A stretch of 64,000 bases of DNA from IMG/VR virus record IMGVR_UViG_3300023184_000093, positions 1 to 64,000 of that record. One strand, written 5' to 3'. The translations under genes and the position numbers were made by a program. The notes below the pieces were generated by a model. The model was not told the DNA's origin, searched no databases, and was given only the letters and a program-made list of their open reading frames with translations. Source of the stretch: a virus. Positions 43,510-51,228 of this stretch are shown here, one piece after another; the first letter of the stretch is position 1; every line of letters begins with the position of its first letter.

Positions 43510-44490
43510 ATGAGTAATAATCCTAGACATATAATCCAACGTTATTATGTTCCTGTTAGTCAATCCAACATATCTGGTGTTTGGTCAATGAGAGAAGAAA
43601 TGCAGGGAGCATTTGACGGTGTATGGTCGTCGAGCGGTGTAATCCCAATAATTAATTATTTGGCTATTGGTGGTGGCGGTTCAGGCGGTAACGGAACTAG
43701 AACTGGAACCATTTCCGGCGGTGGTGCCGGTGGTGCAGGTGGATTAATAGTTGGATCATTTGGGCCAACATATAAACAACCTAGCTCAATTTATGGATAT
43801 CCATTAACTATTACAGTAGGAGCAGGGGGGCAACCAATTCCTCGTATTGGTTCTACTCAAGCTGGAAATTCTGGTAATAATGGTAATGATACTACAATCT
43901 CTGGAGAATTTTTTGTGTTAGGAACACTAGTTGCCTATGGCGGCGGGACTGGTGGTGGTGGACAACAATATGCTGACGTCGGAACTACGGGAGCCTCTGG
44001 AGGATCGGGTGGTGGACAAGGCGGATACAGTACTGGCTCTAACCCTATACTTGCAGGAGCATCAACACAAGGCAGCTCAACATATGGTGGATATGGTAAT
44101 AGCGGTGGAAATTCTTCAGGTTTAGGTGGAGCAGCCGGTGGTGGTGCAGGCTCATCCGCAGCAGGGCAAACCGCTGGTGATGGATTATTCGTTAATGTAG
44201 CCAATGGATCTTCTTATTCTGCTATATATGGTAGAGGAGGGGCTCCTGCTTCGGATAGATTAAACGTTGCCGGCTCTGCTCAGGGATATGGTAGTGGTGG
44301 TAATGGCGGATTTTCTGATTACACTAATCCTTCAAATCAAGGTGGGTCTGGACAAAACGGTAGGGTTATATTTTGGTACGATAGTGGTTTCCCTCTAGCA
44401 TCTTCTGTAACAGGATCCTATACATATACTTTAGAAAAAGGATTCAGAATATATGTATTTGATTATCCCGGCGGCACCATATCATTTTAA
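43510..44490 (+). CDS. Glycine-rich tail-associated protein (paralog of previous gene)
   Basis: SGVWS.RE......W, NYLAIGGGGSGG ... FRIYVF..PGGTISF. Confidence 0.75.
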   Translation: MSNNPRHIIQRYYVPVSQSNISGVWSMREEMQGAFDGVWSSSGVIPIINYLAIGGGGSGGNGTRTGTISGGGAGGAGGLIVGSFGPTYKQPSSIYGYPLTITVGAGGQPIPRIGSTQAGNSGNNGNDTTISGEFFVLGTLVAYGGGTGGGGQQYADVGTTGASGGSGGGQGGYSTGSNPILAGASTQGSSTYGGYGNSGGNSSGLGGAAGGGAGSSAAGQTAGDGLFVNVANGSSYSAIYGRGGAPASDRLNVAGSAQGYGSGGNGGFSDYTNPSNQGGSGQNGRVIFWYDSGFPLASSVTGSYTYTLEKGFRIYVFDYPGGTISF

Positions 44491-44501
44491 TATCAAGATC
44501 T

Positions 44502-44529
44502 TTGACATTACATTCATTTAGTGTATAAT
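44502..44529 (+). promoter_or_regulatory. Sigma70-type promoter for the glycosyltransferase
   Basis: TTGACA (44502-07), 16-nt spacer, TATAAT (44524-29). Confidence 0.75.
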
Positions 44530-44540
44530 TAATAGCATAT

Positions 44541-47500
44541 ATGAAACTTGCTATTATAGATATTATTGGTATACCCTACGATGGTAATACTATAGACCGT
44601 CAAGGGCTTGGTGGTAGTGAAAGTGCTGTTACACTTATAGCACGAGAATTAGCACAAATTGGATTTACTGTTACAGTATTTAATAATTGTGGTATGGATC
44701 ACGCAAAACCTGGAAACTATAACGGAGTTGAATATAAACCATTAATTGAATTGGCTAATGATCATGTTTTTGATATTGTTATTAGTTCACGTACAGTAAT
44801 ACCATTTACTGATCCTAAAGACTATGACAAATTAGGAGATAATAGAGCAAATCCATTCTATAGCATGAATTTGTATGATAGGATATTGTCCAAAGCAACA
44901 ATGCGTATATTATGGATGCATGATACATTTTGTCTAGGTGATAACATCATTGAGGAACTTACAGTTGCTGATCGTATAACTGATATATTCACTCTCAGCG
45001 ATTTCCACTTAACCTATGTTGCAAATTGTAATCACGGCCGCAGACGCAATTTTGAAGTACTAAAACGTAAGATGTTTATCACACGTAATGGTGCTAGAAA
45101 TTATAAAAAAGAAGTTGATATCAAAGCCAAGGATCATAACTTATTTGTATATAATGCTAGTGTGACTAAGGGTATGATTCCATTAGTAAATCATATTTGG
45201 CCTAAGGTAAAGGCTATGATACCCAGTGCTAGATTAAAAGTCATAGGTGGCTATTATAGATTCAGTGAAAGTTCAGCACCCGATCAGCAAGAAAAAGATT
45301 GGCGTCGAATGGCAGCTGATCCAGGCAATTTAGAACTTGGCATTGAATATACTGGAGTTATTTCACAAAAAGAAATTGCCGATATATTAACTTCTGCTAG
45401 TTTTATGATTTACCCGGCGGCATTTCCTGAAACATTTGGTATATCATCATTGGAGAGCTTATTATATAACACTCCTGTGATCACTTGTAGATTTGGTGCA
45501 TTGGAAGAAATTGCATTAGAAGGTGCTTGTTATCATATAGATTATTCTATAGAACCTAACGGATTGTTTCCCGATATTAATAGTCCCGAACAAGTTAATA
45601 AATTTGTAGAAATGACTATAAAAGCATATCATAATCGATATCTGCATCAACAAAAACAATACTACTGTAATATTGTTAAAGATATTGCAGGCTGGGATAC
45701 TGTGGCTCTACAGTGGAAACAATTTATAGCCCATAAGTTAGGAAAATATCTATCTAGAGATAGCTATCGTCGAGTTTCAAAGATTAATCATAGAGTACAC
45801 AAAATATGGAATCGTAGATTTACTAATGTTATAGAATTGGAAAACTATAAATCAGGTAATGAACAAAAGATAGTAGTTATTAGTCCTTTCTATAATTGTG
45901 CTGAATATATTTCTCGTTGTGTGACTAGTGTGGCCACACAAGATTATGATAATTATGAACACATTTTAATAGATGATGCTAGTACAGATAATAGTCTAGA
46001 AGTCATCATAGAAACATTAAGGCCGATGCCTGCAGATATTAGAAATAAGTTCACAGTTATTTCAAATAAAGAGAATTTAGGGGCAGTTAGGAATCAAATA
46101 CAAAATATTAGATCAATGATCAAAGATGATGCTATTATTATGTTATTAGATGGTGATGATAGCCTTGTTAATGACAATACTATATTTTCTTATTATAATT
46201 CTATCTATGATGGAACTACTGAATTTACTTATGGTTCCTGTTGGAGCATGGTTGATAATATTCCATTAATCAGCCAACCATATCCTGAAGAAATTAAACA
46301 AAATCGATTATACAGAAACTATCATTTTAATTGGATATTACCTTATACACATTTACGTACATTTAAAAAATTATTGTTAGATAAAATCGATGACAGTAAA
46401 TTTAAAGATAGTAATGGTAATTGGTATAGAGCAGGCGGAGACGGAAGTGTATTTTATGCATTAATAGAAACAGCAGATCCAGATCGAGTAAAATGCATAA
46501 CAGATATAGTTTATAATTATAATGATGCAAGTCCATTAAATGATTATAAAGTTAATGCAGAAGAACAAAATAAAAATGCAAGAGAGATAGTAAACAATAT
46601 GATTCAACCAAAAAAAAAGATACTTATAGCAATTCCTACAGCTAAGAACATTGAACCAGATACATTTAAAAGCATATATGATCTTATTGTACCTGATGGA
46701 TATGAAACAATGTTTCAATTTTTCTATGGATACAATATAGATCAAGTACGCAATTTAATTGCAGATTGGGTAATAAATGGATTTGATTACTTGTTTTCAG
46801 TAGATAGTGACATTGCATTTCCTCCAGATACATTAGCTAAATTATTATCCCACGATAAAGATGTAATAAGTGGTTTGTATATACAACGTAAACCGGGACA
46901 ACATATATTAGAAATATATGAACACACTCCAACCGGCGGTGTTGCTAATATGCCTTATGGAAAATTAAAAGGCAGATCATTGTTAGAGGTAGCGGGTTGT
47001 GGATTTGGTTGTGCATTGGTTAAATCAGAAGTATTTAGATCTATAGGATATCCTCAATTTAAATATCATAGTGCAATTAGTCATAATAATACAGTATCCG
47101 AAGATGTAGATTTTTGTACCAAAGCTAGAGACAAAGGTTTTAAGATTTGGGCAGATCCTACTATATTATGTAGACATATTGGAAGTTTTACATTTAATAT
47201 AGATACTAATATACCTGCTATTGACACACATTCAACTGTAGTTGATATTAAACAATTTTTAAGAGAATTACGCGAACCATATCCATTCCCACCAGCACAT
47301 ATAGATTACTTGATTAAATTAAAAGATCAAGGAATAGAGCCAAAAGTTGTTTATGATATAGGTGCGTGTGTATTGCATTGGACTGATAGAGTAAGAAAAA
47401 TTTGGCCAGATGCAGAAGTTATAGCATTTGAAGCAGCAGATGTACATGAGTTCTTATATCAAGAAGCGGGTGTAAAATACTTCATAGGTGTACTAAGTGA

Positions 47501-47912
47501 CCAAAGTGGTAAAGAAGTTAATTTCTATCAAAACAATGAAGCACCCGGCGGCAATAGTTATTATAGAGAAAATCCTGATATTCAACCAGCAGCGGCAACA
47601 CTATACAGTGACAATTATATTAGAAAACTTAAAACTATTACACTTGATGCTGTTGTTAGTCTTAATAAGTATCCGCCACCTGATTTGATTAAAATGGATA
47701 TTCAAGGTGCTGAATTAGATGTGCTTAAAGGTGCTCAAGAAACTATTAAAACTGCCAAACATATTATATTAGAATTACAAATAGTAGAATATAACAAAGG
47801 TGCTCCGTTAAAAGATACTGTGATTGCTTATATGGATTCAATAGGCTATGACTGTTTAGGACTTTTTAGCAACAACGGTCCCGACGGCGACTATCATTTC
47901 GTGCGTAGATAA
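44541..47912 (+). CDS. Multidomain glycosyltransferase (GT4-like + GT2 + GT2-like) fused to an FkbM-family methyltransferase
   Basis: GGSE and ETFGISSLESL (GT-B/GT4); VISPFYN...IDDASTD...LLDGDD (GT2); ILIAIP...DYLFSVDSD...SEDVDFC (GT-A); VYDIGAC...IKMDIQGAELDVLKGA (FkbM). Confidence 0.85.
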   Translation: MKLAIIDIIGIPYDGNTIDRQGLGGSESAVTLIARELAQIGFTVTVFNNCGMDHAKPGNYNGVEYKPLIELANDHVFDIVISSRTVIPFTDPKDYDKLGDNRANPFYSMNLYDRILSKATMRILWMHDTFCLGDNIIEELTVADRITDIFTLSDFHLTYVANCNHGRRRNFEVLKRKMFITRNGARNYKKEVDIKAKDHNLFVYNASVTKGMIPLVNHIWPKVKAMIPSARLKVIGGYYRFSESSAPDQQEKDWRRMAADPGNLELGIEYTGVISQKEIADILTSASFMIYPAAFPETFGISSLESLLYNTPVITCRFGALEEIALEGACYHIDYSIEPNGLFPDINSPEQVNKFVEMTIKAYHNRYLHQQKQYYCNIVKDIAGWDTVALQWKQFIAHKLGKYLSRDSYRRVSKINHRVHKIWNRRFTNVIELENYKSGNEQKIVVISPFYNCAEYISRCVTSVATQDYDNYEHILIDDASTDNSLEVIIETLRPMPADIRNKFTVISNKENLGAVRNQIQNIRSMIKDDAIIMLLDGDDSLVNDNTIFSYYNSIYDGTTEFTYGSCWSMVDNIPLISQPYPEEIKQNRLYRNYHFNWILPYTHLRTFKKLLLDKIDDSKFKDSNGNWYRAGGDGSVFYALIETADPDRVKCITDIVYNYNDASPLNDYKVNAEEQNKNAREIVNNMIQPKKKILIAIPTAKNIEPDTFKSIYDLIVPDGYETMFQFFYGYNIDQVRNLIADWVINGFDYLFSVDSDIAFPPDTLAKLLSHDKDVISGLYIQRKPGQHILEIYEHTPTGGVANMPYGKLKGRSLLEVAGCGFGCALVKSEVFRSIGYPQFKYHSAISHNNTVSEDVDFCTKARDKGFKIWADPTILCRHIGSFTFNIDTNIPAIDTHSTVVDIKQFLRELREPYPFPPAHIDYLIKLKDQGIEPKVVYDIGACVLHWTDRVRKIWPDAEVIAFEAADVHEFLYQEAGVKYFIGVLSDQSGKEVNFYQNNEAPGGNSYYRENPDIQPAAATLYSDNYIRKLKTITLDAVVSLNKYPPPDLIKMDIQGAELDVLKGAQETIKTAKHIILELQIVEYNKGAPLKDTVIAYMDSIGYDCLGLFSNNGPDGDYHFVRR

Positions 47913-47943
47913 CATAAATATTGGTAGTTAATTAAGGACTACC

Positions 47944-48765
47944 ATGAAAAAACTACTAACTATTGCCTTGCTATTTGTAGCAGGATTAGCTCAAGCCTGG
48001 GACCAACGTGCCCCATTACAACCAGGTGCATGTCAAGTACATAGCCCATATGGATTTGCTGCCACACAAAGAGCAGCACAACCAATTTGCCGCGAAGCTT
48101 ACCTAGTCGCATATGATGCTCCTGTTAAGATTCCTGTATATGTAGCATATACATTATTGCCACAAAATGCACTAGGATGCTGGCCACGCACAAATGCGTT
48201 TGTATCAGATCAAAGTGTACAGGGAGGTGCTCGACCGGATGATTATGCTGGTACAGGCTACGACAAAGGTCATATGAGTCCTGATGGCGACTTATCTTGG
48301 TCACAACAGGTTGAATATGAAAGTTTTTTAATGACTAATATGGTACCTCAGAGAGGATCACTTAACAGAGGTATATGGAAACTACTTGAAACCAGCGTTC
48401 GTGGATGGGCAGTTCAATTGAATCAACCATTTACTATCTATGTTGGCGGAATTTACAACAACGGAGATAAACGTATTGGCAACGGTGTTATTGTTCCTCA
48501 TGCTTATTATAAAATTGTTATTAATAATCAAACTAGACAAGTAGCAGGATGGTTGTTCCCGCATGTTGAACCTTACCCAAACTTAGGTAATGACCTAACT
48601 GTTTTCCGTAAACCAATTGCTGATATTATGCAAGAAGCAGGAGTCAAATATGCTTTCCCCGCAGGAGCAATCGAACTACAACCAGGACAAGAATGGCCTA
48701 TGAATTTTGGACAACTTACAGCGGCTAAGAAACAAAAATGTGGAGCAAATGCTTCAGCTGATTAA
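47944..48765 (+). CDS. DNA/RNA non-specific endonuclease (NucA/Serratia type) with signal peptide
   Basis: GYDKGH and TNMVPQ...LNRG.W..LE motifs; N-terminal MKKLLTIALLFVAGLAQA signal peptide. Confidence 0.85.
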   Translation: MKKLLTIALLFVAGLAQAWDQRAPLQPGACQVHSPYGFAATQRAAQPICREAYLVAYDAPVKIPVYVAYTLLPQNALGCWPRTNAFVSDQSVQGGARPDDYAGTGYDKGHMSPDGDLSWSQQVEYESFLMTNMVPQRGSLNRGIWKLLETSVRGWAVQLNQPFTIYVGGIYNNGDKRIGNGVIVPHAYYKIVINNQTRQVAGWLFPHVEPYPNLGNDLTVFRKPIADIMQEAGVKYAFPAGAIELQPGQEWPMNFGQLTAAKKQKCGANASAD

Positions 48766-49406
48766 GTCTTAGTTTTACAATTATTTCCGTGCCAGCGAGT
48801 ATAGTTATTAACACTTATAGTTTTAGAACAATACTCACACACTTTTTTTAACTGCGAAGTATGCCTGCCCTCATCTAATTGTTTTCTCATTATAGATCCC
48901 CCAATTAGATTATGTGTTCCGGCATCTATTCTTGCTTGGTTAGACGCGGGTCCTAAAAAATTATGTGTTTTATTTTCTAATCTTTTTAAGTTAGATTCAC
49001 GTTGAATTTTTCCACCTTGAAAATTATGTGTACCATTAGCTATTTTTTTGTTATTAACTATAGAAGCAGCCTCAACTCCTTTACGTTGAACATTAGGATC
49101 TAAAAAAGGATGTGTTCCGTCTGCTAACTTTTTATAAGCAACTTTCCTTGCTATCTCTGATAATTCTTCTGAAGATAGTTTCATACGAACAGCTATAGCA
49201 TAACAAGCACCATAATCGCCCTGAGAACAATGAACATCGTAGTGTTCTTGTATAGTAATACCTGTTAAGTTAGCAGGATCGTGATTACTATGATTGCCGT
49301 CTATATGATGGATTTCATAACTTCGTCCTTCACTATCTTTAGGGATAGGACCGTTATGTTCTTGATAGATCTTTCTGTACCTAGCAGTACCACAATAAAT
49401 ACACAT
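48762..49406 (-). CDS. Free-standing HNH (homing) endonuclease
   Basis: YEIHHIDGNHSN.DP.NL......EH...H; five GTH[NP]F-like repeats; C-terminal CxxC...H...C. Confidence 0.85.
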   Translation of the reverse strand: MCIYCGTARYRKIYQEHNGPIPKDSEGRSYEIHHIDGNHSNHDPANLTGITIQEHYDVHCSQGDYGACYAIAVRMKLSSEELSEIARKVAYKKLADGTHPFLDPNVQRKGVEAASIVNNKKIANGTHNFQGGKIQRESNLKRLENKTHNFLGPASNQARIDAGTHNLIGGSIMRKQLDEGRHTSQLKKVCEYCSKTISVNNYTRWHGNNCKTKT

Positions 49407-49474
49407 TGCTGATGCTCCTTCAAAGCGTTAGAGTAGTTGGATATTTCCAGTATCGCGAACTACAACTTTATTTA
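49396..49474. ncRNA. 79-bp structured cassette at the HNH gene start, copy A (candidate leader/antisense RNA)
   Basis: 36/38 identity with 63907-63944 over 49427-49464; two hairpins; bounded by TAAATA and TATTTA. Confidence 0.65.
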
Positions 49475-49484
49475 GTTAAATACT

Positions 49485-49577
49485 ATGAATGAAACTACAA
49501 ACAATCCAAATGAATATCCAGTCTATCCAGAAGATGATGGCACAGATCGTCCAAGAAATCCTTACAGCCCTGTATGA
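49485..49577 (+). CDS. Micro-ORF, 30 aa (MNETTNNPNEYPVYPEDDGTDRPRNPYSPV)
   Basis: Translated by hand; follows TAAATA at 49477-82; no SD. Confidence 0.35.
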   Translation: MNETTNNPNEYPVYPEDDGTDRPRNPYSPV

Positions 49578-49629
49578 AGCACTAGCAAGAGTAGGATGCG
49601 GATTAGCAGGACTCCCTTACCCACCTTAG
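49534..49629 (+). CDS. Micro-ORF, 31 aa (MMAQIVQEILTALYEALARVGCGLAGLPYPP)
   Basis: Translated by hand; overlaps the previous ORF in another frame; amphipathic-helix-like. Confidence 0.35.
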   Translation: MMAQIVQEILTALYEALARVGCGLAGLPYPP

Positions 49630-49709
49630 GGCACGTTAGTCGTCACGGTTATAGGCGTCCGCGCAATTGAACTTCCAGGCGTACTTGGAGCCAGATAAAG
49701 TAACTGGCA
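49617..49709. ncRNA. Candidate structured non-coding RNA
   Basis: About 54% GC over 49621-49700 (my count) in an AT-rich genome; hairpins TCCAGG-cgta-CTTGGA and GCCAG-n9-CTGGC. Confidence 0.4.
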
Positions 49710-49721
49710 CTAAATAATACT

Positions 49722-50126
49722 ATGAAGATTACTGAGTTACTAGTTGAAGGTAGAGAATCTCGAGCAACATTTGTTGACATGTTCAAGAAGTTTCTTCCCT
49801 TGGCTATGGAAATATTAGAAATAGATAGACTACCTAAAATGAACTTTGAATCTGAAATAGATTCAGGTGGCCAGCCAAGTTTTGGTATGTATGTCAATGA
49901 TGAAAAAACCCTACATGTTGCTATTCTAAATCGTCATCCAGTAGATATTTTACGTACAGTAGCACATGAATTAGTTCATTTTAGACAAGATATGCGTAAT
50001 GAACTTAATGATAATAGTGGTGAGACAGGATCACCTGAAGAAAATCAAGCACACGAGATTGCCGGTGTTATTATGCGTCACTTCAATAAACAACATCCGC
50101 AATTCTTACGTAGCCAGCCAATCTAA
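49722..50126 (+). CDS. Zincin-like metallopeptidase-domain protein, possibly a head-packaged internal protein
   Basis: LRTVAHELVH (HExxH) with downstream ENQA; N-terminal MKITELLVE; TAAATA 5 nt upstream of ATG. Confidence 0.7.
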   Translation: MKITELLVEGRESRATFVDMFKKFLPLAMEILEIDRLPKMNFESEIDSGGQPSFGMYVNDEKTLHVAILNRHPVDILRTVAHELVHFRQDMRNELNDNSGETGSPEENQAHEIAGVIMRHFNKQHPQFLRSQPI

Positions 50127-50134
50127 ACGGTCGT

Positions 50135-50164
50135 AAAAAAGCCCCGATCTAATGCCGGGGCTTC
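50135..50164. terminator. Intrinsic terminator between convergent genes
   Basis: aaaaaaGCCCCG-atctaatgc-CGGGGCtt; U-tract on the minus strand. Confidence 0.75.
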
Positions 50165-50193
50165 TGGACTACGTCCTATATATTTTTATTATA

Positions 50194-50469
50194 TTATTTT
50201 TTAGATGCAGTAGTACTACTAGCATTAACAAATGAATACATTTTTTCTGCTGTCTCTAGAACTTTATCTAGTCCTGGAAAAGTTGGCATTGCCACTGTAC
50301 TAACGATTTGACCAGTCTTCTCGTCACGAGTAGCAGTCATTTCCCATCCTTGGAATTTAGCATGGAAATCGTCTTGTACTAGACTTTTAGCCATTCCGAG
50401 AATGTCTGTACGGATTTCGTAACCGTTCTTGTTGAATTTTACTTCAGGTGCTTTAATTGTGTTTGACAT
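50194..50469 (-). CDS. Conserved small phage protein
   Basis: 91 aa with NGYEIR.DIL.MAK ... P....VLE.AEKMY.FV; AAGGAG SD. Confidence 0.7.
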   Translation of the reverse strand: MSNTIKAPEVKFNKNGYEIRTDILGMAKSLVQDDFHAKFQGWEMTATRDEKTGQIVSTVAMPTFPGLDKVLETAEKMYSFVNASSTTASKK

Positions 50470-50494
50470 AATTTTCTCCTTGTGTGTGTATGTC

Positions 50495-50776
50495 TTAGGC
50501 AGTAGCCCTCTTGCTACGTGTAGCCTTAGCCTCGGCTACTTCTTCATTCTTAGGAAACAACTTGTCAGAGATTGAATCCATGGAATATTTTGCGAGTTCA
50601 GTAAAGTTGTGTGCCAACATTTTAGCAAACTGTGTCTGAGCATCGATGTATTCGTGTGCTGCCTTGTTCAGTGTGGGATCAGTAATGATCTTGTCTGTTA
50701 GGCCTCGCTTGGTTTCTTGGAACGCTTCGATATGTGCGTCAAGTGTTAGATATGGTGCGAACATTTTATTAAACAT
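50495..50776 (-). CDS. Phasin-like small helical protein
   Basis: 93 aa amphipathic helical protein (IEAFQ..K ... YIDAQTQFAK); AAGGA SD; TATAAATA upstream. The family call is by resemblance only. Confidence 0.5.
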   Translation of the reverse strand: MFNKMFAPYLTLDAHIEAFQETKRGLTDKIITDPTLNKAAHEYIDAQTQFAKMLAHNFTELAKYSMDSISDKLFPKNEEVAEAKATRSKRATA

Positions 50777-50822
50777 TTTTATTTCCTTGTGTATGTGTCT
50801 AGCAGTAATTGTACTGCATTGT

Positions 50823-50830
50823 TATTTATA
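50823..50830 (-). promoter_or_regulatory. T4-type late promoter TATAAATA
   Basis: Exact TATAAATA on the minus strand, followed by hairpin GCAGTA-caat-TACTGC (50802-50817) and then the phasin-like gene. Confidence 0.6.
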
Positions 50831-50918
50831 TTACAATTGTTATGAGTGTTTTAGTTTTAAAACGCTCAGGATAATTTAACCGTTCCCACTCCTCATCGGA
50901 GACAGGCCACCAGTACAT
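50826..50918 (-). CDS. Micro-ORF, 30 aa (MYWWPVSDEEWERLNYPERFKTKTLITIVI)
   Basis: Start overlaps the upstream stop (TAATG), suggesting translational coupling. Confidence 0.45.
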   Translation of the reverse strand: MYWWPVSDEEWERLNYPERFKTKTLITIVI

Positions 50919-51052
50919 TAGATCCAGCCCTTAAATTCTTCCATCATAATACGCTTGGCACCGGCATGATCACCACGCTGTGCTAGATGTGTAGCAGCAC
51001 GGGCCTTGCCCATGTCACCTAAAAAGTTATAGATTGATTTTATGATTTTCAT
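50918..51052 (-). CDS. Small protein, 44 aa (MKIIKSIYNFLGDMGKARAATHLAQRGDHAGAKRIMMEEFKGWI)
   Basis: Translated by hand; AAGGA SD inside the upstream gene; tight operon spacing. Confidence 0.65.
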   Translation of the reverse strand: MKIIKSIYNFLGDMGKARAATHLAQRGDHAGAKRIMMEEFKGWI

Positions 51053-51054
51053 GA

Positions 51055-51228
51055 TTACCAGTTCCTTCCTGCTTGTTGCATGTCAAATTGACGAGTAAGA
51101 CGATCCACATCACATGCATTTTGTGGTGCATGACACATAATGTATGCTTCTAATGCTGATCCGTAAGTTTGTGGCTTATTAAAATTCTGAAACATCTTGT
51201 GGAAGTATTCAGCTAGTTGGGTTAACAT
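51055..51228 (-). CDS. Small protein, 57 aa, DUF3563-like
   Basis: MLTQLAEYFHKMFQNFNKPQTYGSALEAYIMCHAPQNACDVDRLTRQFDMQQAGRNW; AGGAG SD; LEAY.......DVDRL.R pattern recalls betaproteobacterial DUF3563. Confidence 0.6.
   Translation of the reverse strand: MLTQLAEYFHKMFQNFNKPQTYGSALEAYIMCHAPQNACDVDRLTRQFDMQQAGRNW

Noticed and set aside
604-44204. Many short alternative-frame and antisense ORFs within fibre genes (e.g. 9085..9798, 6851..7327, 19549..19896)
   Set aside because: Shadow ORFs caused by repetitive Gly/Thr codons; they lack SDs and promoters and lie within long real ORFs.
49621-49660. Resemblance to pistol (UUAGGGC.ACGUU) or hammerhead (UGAnGA) ribozyme cores
   Set aside because: The required pairing partners and the remaining conserved core nucleotides are absent.
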